DNA from: Anolis carolinensis
Lineage: Eukaryota
Length of the DNA stretch: 64,000 bases
Direction: 5' to 3'
NCBI RefSeq assembly: GCF_035594765.1
Contig: NC_085842.1
Coordinates: forward strand, 30,232,782-30,296,781
This document shows, one piece after another, positions 36,903 through 50,108 of this stretch. The notes under the pieces were generated by a model. That model worked only from the letters and a program-made list of their open reading frames with translations, was not told the origin of the DNA and made no database searches. Made by a program: the position numbers and the translations under genes. How positions within the stretch are numbered: position 1 is the first letter of the stretch; each line of letters starts with the position of its first letter.

Positions 36903-37541
36903 TTTTTCGTGTAGTTTAAATCCATTCTTTCATGTCCTCGTGTGCGTCTACACTGCAGAATTAATGCAGTTTGTACACCACTTTAGCTGCCATGGCTCAG
37001 TGTTATGGGATGTTTTGAGAGGTAGTTTGGTGAGGCACCAGCACGCTTTGGCAGGAAAGGCTAAAGATGTAGTAAAGCTGAAACTCCTATGATTCCATAG
37101 CATTGAACTGCGATAATGTGTTGTGAGTTCAGGTAAAGTGAACCACGTATGTCGCCTTGACCACACTGGATGAAAGACAGGCTGCAAATGTCAATAAATA
37201 ATGTGGCCACATATTAATTAACACGTTGAAAGTCTGTTTCACATGGAGACATGATGAAGAGCCCTGGGATACATATATTCAGAGAAGAATAAATGCCCTT
37301 TCTCTTTGAAAGAAGGGGCTGTGCCTGGTCTGGCAAGGGCAACCTATGGCCAGTTCATGGACTCGGTCTCCCATCACCCCAATCATTGGCCATCCTGTGT
37401 GGGGCAAATGGGAGTTGGAATCCTTGAACCTGAGATGACAAAAGTTGCTCACCTATGATTAGCAAAAGGGACTCATATATGTATACCCCACACATAATAG
37501 GAGGCAAATCGTGTGTTTCGTGACCTTTCTTATGGCATATA

Positions 37542-37870
37542 TAGTAGAGTCTCACTTATCCAACATTCGCTTATCCAACGTTCTGGATTATCCAATGCAT
37601 TTTTGTAGTCAATGTTTTCAATATATTGTGATATTTTGGTGCTAAATTTGTAAATACAGTAATTACTACATAGCATTACTGCATATTGAACTACTGTACT
37701 TTTTCTGTCAAATTTGTTGTATAACATGATGTTTTGGTGCTTAATTCGTTAAAATCATAACCTAATTTGATGTTTAATAGGCTTCTCCTTAATCTCTCCC
37801 TATTATCCAACATATTCGCTTATCCAACATTCTGGCAGCCCGTTTATGTTGGATAAGTGAGACTCTACTG
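37542..37870. mobile_element. Tc1/mariner-type MITE (family A), absent from copy A
   Basis: TIRs plus TA; empty site ggcatgtatctc at ~25405. Confidence 0.9.
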
Positions 37871-38832
37871 TATCTCTTACTTGTAACATTGTATGACTCC
37901 ATCTTTCCAGCTATGATTTCTTTATCAGAGCTAGAATTTTATTGATGTAATGTGTAGTTTATTTTTATGTTGAAATAAAAATATGTAAAATAATAAAACA
38001 TTAAACATCTGCCTAATGAAAGAGAAAGGATTACTGCCCAGTTGTTTTAATTGTTTTGGTTCCAAACAACAGTTCAAACCAATATTACACGATGTAGCTC
38101 GATTTTTCTCCCTGGGTTATAAATGTCATTTTCTAATTGGTTCTATCATTAAAAAATGGGGAAAGTTTATTAAACTGCAAAACCTATTTAGCAAAGAAAG
38201 CTAAAGACTCTATAAAACCACACTCCCACAATTTCATAGCATTGAGTCATGGCAGTTAAAAATGGTATCAAACTGCATTAATTCTACAGTAAAGACACTT
38301 CTGGAATTAATTCTAGCCAGTTCCAGCTCTGAAAGTGACACCCAGTGGTCTTTCACCATATTTTTAAAAGAAAATTTCTTCTGGCAGTCATTTGGCTGGT
38401 CAAGTGGAACCATTTATTGATTTCCTCCTCAATAATTTCCAATTGTGGGAAGGAAGCATGAAATGATCAAGGCCATGTTCAGAATTGCTCCCACCTGCTT
38501 CTCGGCTCCATTCTCCTTTTATCAGTCATGGGATGACAAGCATGTGATAATGCTGTGAATTGTAACTGCTGCTGTAGCCTGAAGCATATGTTCTCCCCAA
38601 GTCCAACACTTAGCATTACTATACTGACAAAGTTTGGACTTTTAATGCTAGGCTGTGCTGGTGTTTTGGTTTTTTTTTTTTTTTAGTTTCTATAGAGCTA
38701 TTTTTTTCATATAATTTGTTTTATGTTTCATAACGTATTTACTTATTTTTAAACTCTTAAATGTATACTTTTATTTACTTTGCATTGTTTTTAACTAGCA
38801 TTATTTTAATATGTTCTTAACTGCCTTGAGTC

Positions 38833-39048
38833 CCATGCTTTTGTTACATCCCGTATAGACTACTTCAATGGGCTCTACATGGGATTGCCTTTGAAGACTG
38901 TTCAGAAGCTTCAACTGGTTCAACGAGTGGCAGACAGATTGCTCACCAGAGCAACATACAGGGAGCATATAACCCCCTTGCTCCACTGGCTGCCAGTCTA
39001 CCACTGAGTACAATTCAAGGTGCTGGCATTAGCCTATAAAGCCCTAAA
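38833..39048 (+). mobile_element. Degenerate L2 RT fragment
   Basis: HAFVTSRIDY..GLPLKTVQKLQLVQ..HWLPV similarity to the L2 at 22 kb. Confidence 0.75.
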
Positions 39049-39189
39049 TTTTAATATAACTGCTTGTTTTAATTGTTTGTTTTATGTGGTATTGAATTGT
39101 TGCCTATATGTAAGACCGTTCTGAGCCCCCTTCGGAACTCAGAGAAGGGCAGGATATAAATATGGTAAATAAATAAATAAATACCAAGC

Positions 39190-39670
39190 AAAAAAACTTT
39201 TGTAAATGAACAAAAGTTCAATATATATAAATCATACTTTTGTTCATTTACGTCCCATCTGTCTCCTGGCATTTATTTATTCATATCCATACACACCACC
39301 ACAGTTTAAAAAATAATTTGATTCTTTTTTGCAACTATGGGCGCATGAGAACTAAGGGAGAACTATACTGCAGATTTAATATTACATGTCAATTTATCAT
39401 TTATCGCAATATCCCAAATCTCCTTATACCATTCTTCCAATTAAGATTAAAAGAGGGTTATTTAAAAAGGATGATTTTGGGAAGATATGGGGAAAATTTA
39501 TAGAGTTTGTATATGTAAAAGGTAAGGGGAACAAACCTGTAAAAGAAACAATGGAATTTTGGGAATAAATATTGTAATTGGCTGGTCTTGGGTGAAGGGA
39601 TAGCACTAGGTGAAGGGTAACAAAAGGTAAATAATATGAGTATGTAATATAGTTAGAGAGTGAAAATATT
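39190..39670. mobile_element. L1 3' end with an inverted 5' segment
   Basis: Minus-strand ORF2-like piece (DRWDVNEQKYDLYIL) abutting plus-strand FGKIWGKFIEFV terminus. Confidence 0.55.
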
Positions 39671-39672
39671 AT

Positions 39673-40000
39673 AAAGGTAAAGGTTTTCCCCTGACGTTAA
39701 GTCCAGTCATGTCTGACTCTGGGGGTTGGTGCTCATCTCCATTTCTAAGCCGAAGAGCCGGCGTTGTCCATAGACACCTCCAAGGTCATGTGGCCGGCAT
39801 TACTGCATGGAGCGCCCTTACCTTCCCGCCGGAGCAGTACCTACTGATCTACTCACATTCACATGTTTTCGAACTGCTAGGTTGGCAGAAGCTGGAGCTA
39901 ACAGCGGGCGCTCACTCCGCTCCTGAGATTTGAACCTGGGACCTTTCGGTCTGCAAGTTCAGCAGCTCAGTGCTTTAACACACTTCGCCATCGGGGCTCC
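39673..40000 (-). mobile_element. Sauria SINE
   Basis: Full length, ACCTTT tail. Confidence 0.92.
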
Positions 40001-40601
40001 GAATACTATAATACTTAATACTATAGGAGCTATGATATACATAACTCTGTACTGCAAATTTGTTAAAGAATGTATAAGTACCGAATATGTAAAATTCACA
40101 ATTTTTCAATAATTAAAATTTAAAAAACGGAGATTATGTGTGTGTGTGTGTGTGTGTGTGTGTATACTGCAGAATTGATGCAGTTTGACAGCAGTTTTAA
40201 CTGTCAGTAGTCTTTGACAGGGAAGGCCACTTATCAAACTCAGACTACAAGTCTTGTATTCCTCCTCATTAGACATCATGACCAGAGATGATGGGAGTTC
40301 TGATACTGTAACATCCGGAAGGCTGTTGTTTCTTTTGTTCAGCCAGGAGAGTGGGGTGCAGATATAGATATAAGGGTTGTGGATGTGGTGCCTGACTTCA
40401 AAATGCCCTTTAACCTTTTCCCAACCTCAAAACCCCAAGTGTGATTGGGTTGCCATTCCCACCATCCCCAGTCTGCATGGTGGATTATTAAAAGTGATGG
40501 GAATTGTCATTCAGTAACATCTGGGGACCCAATCTGAACACTGACCATTGTGTGTGTGTGAAGATATAGATATAGATACAGATATAGATATAGATATATA
40601 G

Positions 40602-40706
40602 CAGGGGTGTCAAACTCATTTTCATCAAGAGCCACATCAGCTTTATGGTAGTCTTCAGAGGGCCTTTGAATCCATGGATGGAGAAGCAGTGGATACAGAG
40701 GGCCAA

Positions 40707-40753
<47 letters not shown>

Positions 40754-41625
40754 GTTGGCCCTCTGTATCTACTGGGTTGCAGTTAAACATCAAGAAAACC
40801 AAGATTATGACAACCAGACTGATTGATAACTGGCAAATAGAGGGAGAAAACATGGAGGCAGTGACAGACTTTGTATTTCTGGGCGTGAAGATTAGTGCAG
40901 ACGCAGATTGTAGCCAGGAAATCAGAAGACGTCTACTTCTTGGGAGGAGAGCAATGACAATCTTGATAAAATAGTGAAGAGTTAGAGACATCACACTGTC
41001 AACGAAGGTCCACATAGTTAAAGCAAAGGTATTCCACATAGTAACCTATGGATGCAAGAACTGGACCATAAGGAAGGCTGAGCGAAGGAAGATAGACGCT
41101 TTTGAACTTTGGTTTTGGAGCAAAATCCTGAGAGTGCCTTGGACCGCAAGAAGATCCATCCAGTCCATACTCCAGGAAATAATGCCCGGCTGCTCACTGG
41201 AGGGAAGGATATTAGAGGCAAAGACGAAGTACTTTGGGTACATCATGAGAAGAAGGGAAAGCTTGGAGAAGGCAATGATGCTGGGGAAAATGGAAGGAAA
41301 AAGGATGAGAGGCTGACCAAGGGCAAGGTGGATGGACGGTATCCTTGAAGTGACTGGCATGACTTTGAAGGAGCTGGTGGTGGCCACGGCCGACAGGGAG
41401 CTCTAGCGTGGACTGGTCCATGAGGTCATGAAGAGTCAGAAGTGACTGAACGAATAAACAACAACAACAATCCACTGCTTCTCCATCCATATATCTATAT
41501 CTATCTATATCAATATCTATATGGCCCTCTGTATCCACTGCTTTTCCATCCATGGATTCAAAGCCCCTTTGAAGGCAATCATAAGGCTGATGTGACTCTC
41601 GATGAAAATGAGTTTGATACCCTTA
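40602..41625. mobile_element. Palindromic hAT MITE interrupted by an RTE LINE
   Basis: ~100-bp inverted arms caggggtgtcaaactcattttcatc... / ...gatgaaaatgagtttgataccctta. Confidence 0.75.
40774..41470 (+). mobile_element. BovB-like RTE LINE 3' fragment
   Basis: GLQLNIKKTKIM, DFVFLG..DCSQEIRRRLLLGR, PWTARRS, KYFGYIMRR; (CAA)n tail; approximate TSD atctact/atccact. Confidence 0.9.
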
Positions 41626-41866
41626 CTATAGACATTGCAAAACTACAACTTTCATGATACACAGCATTGAGCCATGGCATTTAAAGTGGTGTCAAGCTGC
41701 ATTCATTCTACAGTGCAGATCCACTCAATGCATTCATTCTAAGATGTAAATGCAAAGGATCTGCTAGCAGAATAACAGGCTTGCAGACACAGATGTTTAT
41801 ATTGTTAGTCCTCCTACCTAGAGGGCATCCTTGCACCATCCGTTCAATTGAAAGGAATCGGAAGAG

Positions 41867-41943
41867 ACTACATTTCCCAGGGACCTTTGCTGCTCCAAAA
41901 CCGGGAACAGATCCCAACCGGGATCTTTTATATTAAGGCGAGT
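41867..41943 (+). promoter_or_regulatory. Candidate RPP21 promoter/first exon (ZNF143-like ACTACATTTCCCAG, CpG cluster, possible GC donor AAG|GCGAGT)
   Basis: Motif at 41867-41880 in apparently unique sequence with several CpGs; first coding exon has an acceptor, so an upstream exon is expected. Confidence 0.4.
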
Positions 41944-42095
41944 GATCGAAGGGAGAAGCTGTTTTTTCCTCCCTGGGTTAAGAAGAACAGAGTGGATTCT
42001 TCTCGGAAAATTAAAAGGCAAGAAAGTTATTTAAAAGACACCAGATGGCATTGGCTGCAGGTTCTCTATCTGAGTCTCTTTTGCATTCCCACGTA

Positions 42096-42413
42096 CAGTA
42101 GGGTCTCACTTATCCAACTTAAACGGGGCGGCAGAATGTTGGATAAGCGAATATGTTGGATAATTAGGAGGCATTAAGGAAAAGCCTATTAAACATCAAA
42201 TTAGGTTATGATTTTACAAATGAAGCACCAAAACATCATGTTAGACAACAAATTTGGCAGAAAAAGTAGTTCAATATGCAGTAATGCTATGTAGTAATTA
42301 CTGTATTTACGAATTTAGCACCAAAATATCACGATATATTGAAAACATTGACTACAAAAATGCGTTGGATAATCCAGAACGTTGGATAAGTGAATGTTGG
42401 ATAAGTGAGACTC
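42096..42413. mobile_element. Tc1/mariner-type MITE (family A)
   Basis: TIRs. Confidence 0.85.
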
Positions 42414-42680
42414 AGATATGCGTAGGATTTCAACCCTGCTCTGTAGCAATTCTATTGCTTGAAATACCTGTGTGCTTGCTATGTTAGGATGGGTTGCATC
42501 TCCACTGTAGGATTAATGCAGTTTGGCACCGCTTTAACTGCCATGGCTCAATGCTATGGGGAGCTGTAGTTTTACAAGGTCTTGAGCCTCCTCTGCCAAA
42601 GAGGGCCAGTGCCTCACCAAACTACAACTCCCAGGATTCCATAACAGTTAAATTAGTGTCTAGTTGTATTAATTGTACAC

Positions 42681-42874
42681 CAGGCATGGGCAAACGTTGG
42701 CCATCCAGGTGTTTTGGACTCCAACTCCCACCATTCCTAACAGCCTCAGGCCCCTTCCTTTTCCCCCTCAGCCGCTTAAGCAGCTGAGTGGGAAAAGGAA
42801 AGGGCCTGAGGCTGTTAGGAATGGTGGGAGTTGGAGTCCAAAACACCTGGACGGCCAACATTTGCCCATACCTG
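42681..42874. mobile_element. Palindromic hAT MITE
   Basis: Near-perfect ~95-bp inverted arms caggcatgggcaaac...tttgcccatacctg. Confidence 0.8.
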
Positions 42875-43034
42875 ATATAGATACACCCTAGGACTCAAAG
42901 GTGATTGTGTTGCATTGTTTTGAACCTTTCGCTGCTGTTTATTGATCTTTGTCCTTTTACAAAAAACGCTTGCTTCCCGCAGGATCTCGCCATATTCGTT
43001 GAAAATCTTGGAACAGACTCTTTCCCCGATCACC

Positions 43035-43082
43035 ATGATAAAGGACAAAGAAGCATTTCAGAGACTCAATTTCCTCTATCAG
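43035..43082 (+). CDS. RPP21: Ribonuclease P protein subunit p21, coding exon 1 (MIKDKEAFQRLNFLYQ)
   Basis: Matches RPP21 N-terminus KDREAFQRLNFLYQ; accATG, cag|gtgag donor; acceptor at 42982. Confidence 0.93.
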
Positions 43083-43115
43083 GTGAGAAACATGTTCAGT
43101 TGTGCACTATCAGTA

Positions 43116-43292
43116 TTTCGCCCACATCTATATCCTCAGAGGTTGTGAGCTATATAATATACCTCACAACCTCTGAGGATGCCTGCCATAGATGTGGGCA
43201 AAATGTCAGGAGAGAATGCTTCTGGAACATGGGCATACAGCCCGGAAAACACACAACAACCCTGTGATTCTGGCCATGAAAGCCTTCGACAA
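43116..43292. mobile_element. Penelope pLTR inverted fragments with mutated hammerhead
   Basis: ctgaggatgcctgccatagatgtgggcaaaatgtcagg at 43173. Confidence 0.8.
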
Positions 43293-43735
43293 CACTTTTG
43301 TATGTGTGTTTGTGAGTGGGGTTGGGGGGGGGGGCTCTGTTGGTTGGTATTATAGATAAGGACACTGCATATGTCAATAATAATTTTTAAGGGTTACAGA
43401 CAACCAGTACCTTGCACTACCAAGCTGCTGAGTGAATGTGGTGAAACGTCAGGAGAGAATGCTTCTGGAACATGGCCATATAGCCCGGAAAACACACAAC
43501 ACATACAAAAGGGTTCCTTTCCGCATTTCGTAATTTGTAAGGAGAGAGACAAACTCTTAAGGATCTGAATTCTGTGCCAAATCCCAATGTGAAGACATCG
43601 AAATTTAACAGACCAGAGTTTCTTAAACTTTTTCCACCTGAGAAATGTTTACGTAATCCCAAGTATATAGGTATATAATATAAATAAGAGATCAAAATAT
43701 AATGTCTACTGATAACAAATCAGCATTTGTGTGGT

Positions 43736-44445
43736 TGAAGGCTTTCATGGCCAGAATCACTGGGTTGCTATGAGTTTTCCAGGCTGTATAGCCATGTTCC
43801 AGAAGTATTCTCTCCTGACGTTTCACCCACATCTATGGCAGGCATCCTCAAAGGTTGTGAGCTCTGTTGGAAACTAGGCAAGTGGGGTTTATATATCTGT
43901 GGAAGGTCCAGGATGGGAGAAAGAACTCTTGTCTGCTTGAGACAAGTGTGAATGTTGCAATTGGCCAGCTTGATTAGCATTGCCTTGCAGCTTCAAAGCC
44001 TGGCTGATTCCTGCCTGGGGGAATCCTTTCTTGGTAGGTGTTAGCTAGCCATGATTGTTTCATGCCTGGATTTCCCCTGGGTTTTTTGTTTTGTTTTTGT
44101 TTTGTTTTTTGGTGTTGCTTCTTATTTACTGTCCTTATTCTAGAGTTTCTTTAATATGGGTAGCCAGATTTTGTTCATTTTCATGGTTTCCTCCTTTCTG
44201 TTGAAATTGTCCACATGCTTGTGGATGTCAATGGCTTCTCTGTGTCGTCTGACAAGGTGGTTGTGAGAGTGGTCCAACATTTCTGTGTTCTCAAATAATA
44301 CACTATGTCCAGTTCATCAAGTGCTTTGCTATGACTGAATTATCTGGTTGGATAAGTCTGCAGTGCCTTTCATGATCCTTGATTTGTATTTGGGCAATGC
44401 TGCATTTAGTGGTCTCTATGTAGACTTGTCCGCAACTGCATGCAA
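43736..44445 (-). mobile_element. Penelope-like element 3' end
   Basis: Degenerate GIY-YIG coding piece (CSCGQVYI...) plus pLTR. Confidence 0.85.
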
Positions 44446-46014
44446 GACTTGATAAACAATGATTTTCCTTTTTGTGGAATAAAGCTGAAGCATTTTCTGC
44501 AGAGTAAACAATGCATGTTCTTGCTAGCAGATCTGTGTAAATAGGTGGGGTTCAGAAAACTTTTACTGTTGCCAAACTTTTTGGGGCTCCCAACATTGAG
44601 CTAAGGGTCAGGACCTACAGATTAATAGGCAGTATTATAATTAATACAACATCAACCATGAGCTTGGGGTCTCTGCACCCCACTTTTATGTCCCTTGAAT
44701 GCCTCCATCAGTTGTCCCAAAGCTCTTCTGGTCTCCAAAACCATATTTTCAATTTGGCATGATTTTAAATAACTCTTTGGTCTCAAACCATACGGAATGC
44801 CAAAAAGGCCTACACCTACAACAGCTAGAACCCAATAATATGTCAAAATACTTGAGGGTTTTTTTTCTGCAATCTCTTCCAAGTTGAAAGGAAATAAGAG
44901 ATGTGGTTTCCAGGTGCCGTTTTGAGGGGAACAACTGAGAAAAATTGAGGTTTAGTCTTAGGGAGAAAAAGCTCTTGGACCCCATACAGTTGCCAGACCC
45001 TCTATAGAAAATAATTGTTCCAGTTTTGGTATATAACTATACTGGAAGTAGGCAACTTAATGCCCTCCAGATTGATTGATTGATTGATTGATTGATTTTT
45101 AAGCTGCAGCATTCACCAGCAACAACTAGCATGTTTGGTGGGCATTTTAGTGCAAAACATGTGAAGCTTACCAGGTTGCCTGTTGTTAGTAAATATTGTC
45201 TTTGCAACTACACAGCTTTACTACAGGTGGCTGCCAATTGACAGCAAATCAGATCCATTCTGGATGGTTTGGATTTTGCATTTCCTAATTCTGCATGGTC
45301 ATTTGAATGATCTACCTTTGTAGCCTTTATTGCACGTTCCCTTGCGTGAGCTCGTGCTCATGAAAATGTATGTCATTAAATTGCTGCATGACCCTTTGGC
45401 CCCATCTACACTGCTGATTTAATGCAGTGCAAAGCTAATGTCAAATTGCAGCAGCTAGACAACAAACTCCTATGAAAGCAAGCCCTTAATGTGCCTCAGT
45501 GCTGTATGGTTTGTATAATCACCATCTGGGCGTCAAACTGGTTCCAGAATGACAATATAATCATCTTCTCAGCAAAATCACTTTCTTTAATTTAAATTAT
45601 AATTTTAATATTATTTTTATTTATACTCTGCTTTATCTCTTCCAAAGGAGACTTAATACCAGTTTGAAACTGTATAAAATGGTCCGTGTAAATGTAAATG
45701 TGCCTTAAGTGTGTATCATAACGTTTGGATGGCCTTCTGCAACATTCCTTTGTGAAATGCTGTTTTGTTGTTGTGTGCCTTCAAGTCATTTCCAGCCTGT
45801 GGCGACTCTATCAAAAGGTTTTCTTGTCCAGATTTTTTCAGAGGAGGTTTGTAGTGGCCTTCCTCTGAGGCTGAAAGAATGTGACTTGCTCAAGATCACC
45901 CAGTTAATGTCATACCTGAGCAGAGATTTGAGTTAGTGTATGGTCTCCAAAGTTGTTGTCCAACACTTAAAACACTATTCCGTACTGTTGCCATGAAAAT
46001 CGGAGAACTGTATA

Positions 46015-46337
46015 CAGTAGAGTCTCACTTATCCAAGCTAAACGGGCCGGCAAAAGCTTGGATAAGCGAATAACTTGGATAATAAGGAGGGATTAAGGAA
46101 AAGCCTATTAAACATCAAATCAGGTTATGATTTTACAAGTTAAGCACCAAAACTTCATGTTATACAACAAATTTGACAGAAAAAGTAGTTCAATACGCAG
46201 TAATGTTATGCTGTAATTACTGTATTTACGAATTTAGCACCAAAATATCACAATATATTGAAAACATTGACTACAAAAATGGCTTGGATTATCCAGAGGC
46301 TTGGATAAGCGAGGCTTGGATAAGTGAGACTCTACTG
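46015..46337. mobile_element. Tc1/mariner-type MITE (family A)
   Basis: Perfect TIRs plus TA. Confidence 0.9.
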
Positions 46338-46370
46338 TAGTTGGAAAGAATCGACAAGGGACATCTAGAC

Positions 46371-46487
46371 CAGGCTTTGGCAAACTTTGGCCCTCCAGGT
46401 TTTTTGGACTTCCAATTCCCACAATTCCTAACAGCCAGTAGGAGTTGAATCCAAAACACTTGGAGGGCTGAAGTATGCCCATGCCTG
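46371..46487. mobile_element. hAT MITE
   Basis: caggc...gcctg ends, TSD atctagac/atctaaac. Confidence 0.75.
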
Positions 46488-46596
46488 ATCTAAACCCACT
46501 GTATGTGTGTCATGTGAAAGGCACATAGCCCTGGGCAACTCTTTAGGTGTGGTGGAGTGATGCAGATCTTTAACTTTCTTTTGCTCCCCACAACAG

Positions 46597-46697
46597 GCAG
46601 CACATTGTGTCCTTGCAAACAACCCAGAAAACCAGGAGTTGGCTCGCTTCTATTGCCACACCCAGAACAGCATCAGCCGGAGGCTTGTCTTAAGACA
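46597..46697 (+). CDS. RPP21: RPP21 coding exon 2 (AAHCVLANNPENQELARFYCHTQNSISRRLVLR)
   Basis: Strong match to RPP21 AAHCVL..ARFYC..RLVLR; AG/GT sites; 101 bp. Confidence 0.95.
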
Positions 46698-46842
46698 GTG
46701 AGTAGCAGGATTGGGTTCAATGGGTAATGAGGAATAGGACCTCTACCTTATAGGGTGGGAATAAACAATACATGGGCTGCATGCATCTCTCGATTGTTTT
46801 GTCAACCCTTAGTGTCAAATTTGCTCTGGTAGAAATAAAAGG

Positions 46843-47075
46843 CCCGGGCTGTGGCGCAGGCTGGTGAGCAGCCAGCTGCAACAAATCACTCTGACCAAGA
46901 GGTCATGAGTTCGAGGCCAGCTCGGAGCCTGCGTTTGTCTCTGTCTTTGTTCTATGTTAAGGCATTGAATGTTTGCCTTATATGTGTAATGTGATCCACC
47001 CTGAGTCCCCTTCGGGGTGAGAAGGGCGGAATATAAATACTGTAAGTAAGTAAGTAAGTAAATAAATAAATAAAT
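46843..47075 (+). mobile_element. tRNA-derived SINE with L2-type tail
   Basis: A box tggcgcaggctgg, B box gagttcgaggcc, tail ccctgagtccccttcggggtgagaagggcgg(TAAA)n. Confidence 0.8.
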
Positions 47076-47942
47076 GTTGAGATGAAACTTCTTAGGATTT
47101 ACTCCCAGTAAGATTACATAGGATAGCTTTATACATCAACAATGTATTACAGTTCTACCTTAGTTAATGAAGTACAGTTCAACCTCCACATCTACAGGAG
47201 ATACGTTTCCAGACTTTGCGTGGATACTTGAAATCACAGATAATAGTGAACCTCTTATTTTCACTTGAGATGAATGATGGAGGTACCAGCTTATACTGGA
47301 TACCCTACATGAATAAGTGAAACTATGGATAAGTTGGAACTGGGTTTTTTTCCCCGCTTCCACAGATACAGGGGTCATACTGTAGATATGTTCCTAAGTA
47401 TTATTTCTTTAAAAGAAAATATGGTACCAGAGGCAGAATTTACAAGAAAAGAATATAGATAGATTCTTGCATCATACAGAAGAACACTTCAACTTGTTTC
47501 ATTAGACTTTTTATTCAAAGCTAATAGTGTGCACATATTAAATAAAATGTCACGTTCACTTCTGCCTTCTAGAGACTATCCAAATGTTTCTTCCAAAATT
47601 CATTCAGGGACTGGGTTTTTTTTTTGTTCACCAGCCTCCAGTTTTCTTAGGATTTCCATTTTAATGGCCAAATGTATGCGTTGTTATTGTTGTTGTGTCC
47701 ATATCTAGTAAGGTAGGTTCACCTGCTTTTCCCTTTCCCTCTATTTTACTGTTTGTACATGCCAAGTAAAGGCAGCTACTTCTCTGCTTGCCTATTGCAG
47801 GCACAGCTATAGTTGATAGGTGTTTCACCTTGGCAGTGAAATGATTGGTTATTTATATGGTAGCCCCCTGATCTGAAGACCCATGATGAAACAACTCTGC
47901 TAAAGCTATTTATTTATTTTAATGTATTATTTATTTACAGTA

Positions 47943-48265
47943 CAGTAGAGTCTCACTTATCTAACATTCGCTTATCCAACATTCTGGATTATCCAACGCA
48001 TTTTTGTAGTCAATGTTTTCAATATATCGTGATATTTTGGTGCTAAATTCATAAATACAGTAATTACTACGTATCATTACTGCATATTGAATTAATTTTT
48101 CTGTCAAATTTGTTGTATAACATGATGTTTTGGTGCTTAATTTGGAAAATCATAACCTAATTTGATGTTTAATAGGCTTCTCCTTCATCTCTCCTTATTA
48201 TCCAACATATTCGCTTATCCAACATTCTGCCGGCCCGTTTATGTTGGATAAGTGAGACTCTACTG
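47943..48265. mobile_element. Tc1/mariner-type MITE (family A)
   Basis: TIRs plus TA. Confidence 0.9.
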
Positions 48266-48897
48266 TATTTATATTCTGCCCTTCTCACCCCAAAGGGGAC
48301 CCAGGGCACATAGACAGCAAACATTCTGTGCTGATTATTACATTGTCAAGACAGACAACAGATAGATAGATATATAGGTTTCCCCATCTTTTGACATCTT
48401 TGGGGGCTGTGCTCGGTTCTGGCCACCTGCGGGTGCTGTCACTCCATTTCCCTGCCGAAGAGCTTTCTTTATTCGTAAATGTCCTGCTTTTTTCTGATCA
48501 AACGGCAAGTCTAAATACCTCCTCGCTTTAATGTGGTTCCTATATATCTACTCACATTTGTTTTCGAACAGCTAGGTAGGCAAAGCTGGACTAAAGGTCA
48601 GGAGCTCACCCTAACCTGGGCTTTGAACCTTCTACCTTCCAGTTGGTAAGATTTATTGCAGCTTGGCGATTAACCTACTGTGCTAAAGCTAAGCATGAGT
48701 CCATTTACACTGTAGAGTATCCAACCATTGGCCGAAGCATCTGAGGCTTCTGGGAGTCAAAGTCCCAAACACACAGAGGACTAGTATTTGGGACTCACTG
48801 ATCTTGAGGGCTACACATCCCTCATACTTTTCATAAGGCATTCTGAACTTTCTGGACTAAAGTATTTTATTTGTCTTTCATTTTGGTTTGTTTTCAG

Positions 48898-48980
48898 GGA
48901 CCCATCTGTGAAAAGAACCATCTGTAAATCTTGCTTCTCCCTTCTTGTCCCCGGAGTCAGCGCAACTGTCCGCCAAAGAA
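48898..48980 (+). CDS. RPP21: RPP21 coding exon 3 (DPSVKRTICKSCFSLLVPGVSATVRQR)
   Basis: First CxxC of the Rpr2 zinc ribbon; ttttcag acceptor, gtgagt donor. Confidence 0.95.
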
Positions 48981-49401
48981 GTGAGTGGTCTAGTCTCTTC
49001 CTCCTTATCTGCAGCGCTTTAAAGAGGTTTCTAAATGCTGTTCCTTGTTCCAGAGGGATTGATGGATGTGTTACAACATATATAGAGAGCTGTGGGTGCA
49101 ATGTGATGTATTTCAAAGGTTGGGAAAGTTCAGCAACAAAAATCTCCGAGTAGGGTCATCTAAAATTTGAAAGCTCTCTGGGTAGGGTCATGTATAAATT
49201 TGAACTATTCCAGGCCTCTCCAGATTTTGTTGATAGATCAATGACCACGTTTCTACTGGCAAGCATTTGTTTTTGCCTTAGAAGTGTGTTTATTAGATGT
49301 ACAGCATGGACCAGATCTCCCAATTTTCAAAGGCAAAAGGAAACAGAAACATGCAAAGGAAACTTTATGGCAGGAGTGGATATCTTGTGGTTTTCCATAT
49401 A

Positions 49402-49746
49402 CAGTGTTCCCTCACTACTTCACGGTTCGCTTTTTGTGGATTTGCTGTTTTGCGTTTTTTCAATAAACTCTAAAAGAATATTATAAATCATAAAAAAAAT
49501 TACAGTTTACAGCCTAAGGAAGGGAGGAAAGAGAAGCCAAAGGGAGAGAAAATGAGCCCAAGCCGCAATGGGAAGAGAAGGAGGCAATTTATCAACATGC
49601 TATTCGTTGATAAAAACTTAAAATAGTGTATAACTACTAAAATAATGTATAAATATAAAAATAAACATAGTGTCCCTACTTTGCGGAATTTCACTTATTG
49701 TGGGTGGTCCTGGAACCTAACCCCCGCGATAAGTGAGGGAACACTG
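49402..49746. mobile_element. Tigger/pogo-like MITE
   Basis: TIR cagtgttccctcact, TA flanks. Confidence 0.8.
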
Positions 49747-50108
49747 TATTGTTGGACTGCAAATCCCAGGAGCCAGAGTCAGAGACTACAGATAGCTTTG
49801 TGAAATAAGAGTAGTTGATCATAGAAATTAAACATGTATCAGTAACATATTTTGTGTTCTGCCTTCAGTTTGCTCAAAATCAAAGTGAGCACCATCCTAG
49901 GTGGCAGTTTAGAGCATTCCATGACCAGCATGATTTATTAAATTTAGTTATGGTCAAAATGATGTTTGAATTCTCTTCGTAAGTGGGTCTGTAGGTTCTC
50001 TTGAACAGATTAGCTCTGAATTAAAGCAGGCATGAAAATGGTCAAGGCAGGGAAGGAGATCTTTTGAGGCGATTTCTTGATTCATTCCCTCTTCATTTCT
50101 GAAACTAG

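Larger units (their letters stand above)
27025..38572. repeat. Tandem segmental duplication, copy B (gene 3)
   Basis: Collinear with 15281-26691. Confidence 0.85.

Noticed and set aside
46843-46925. tRNA gene
   Set aside because: The A/B boxes belong to a SINE head; no cloverleaf, and it is followed by an L2-type tail
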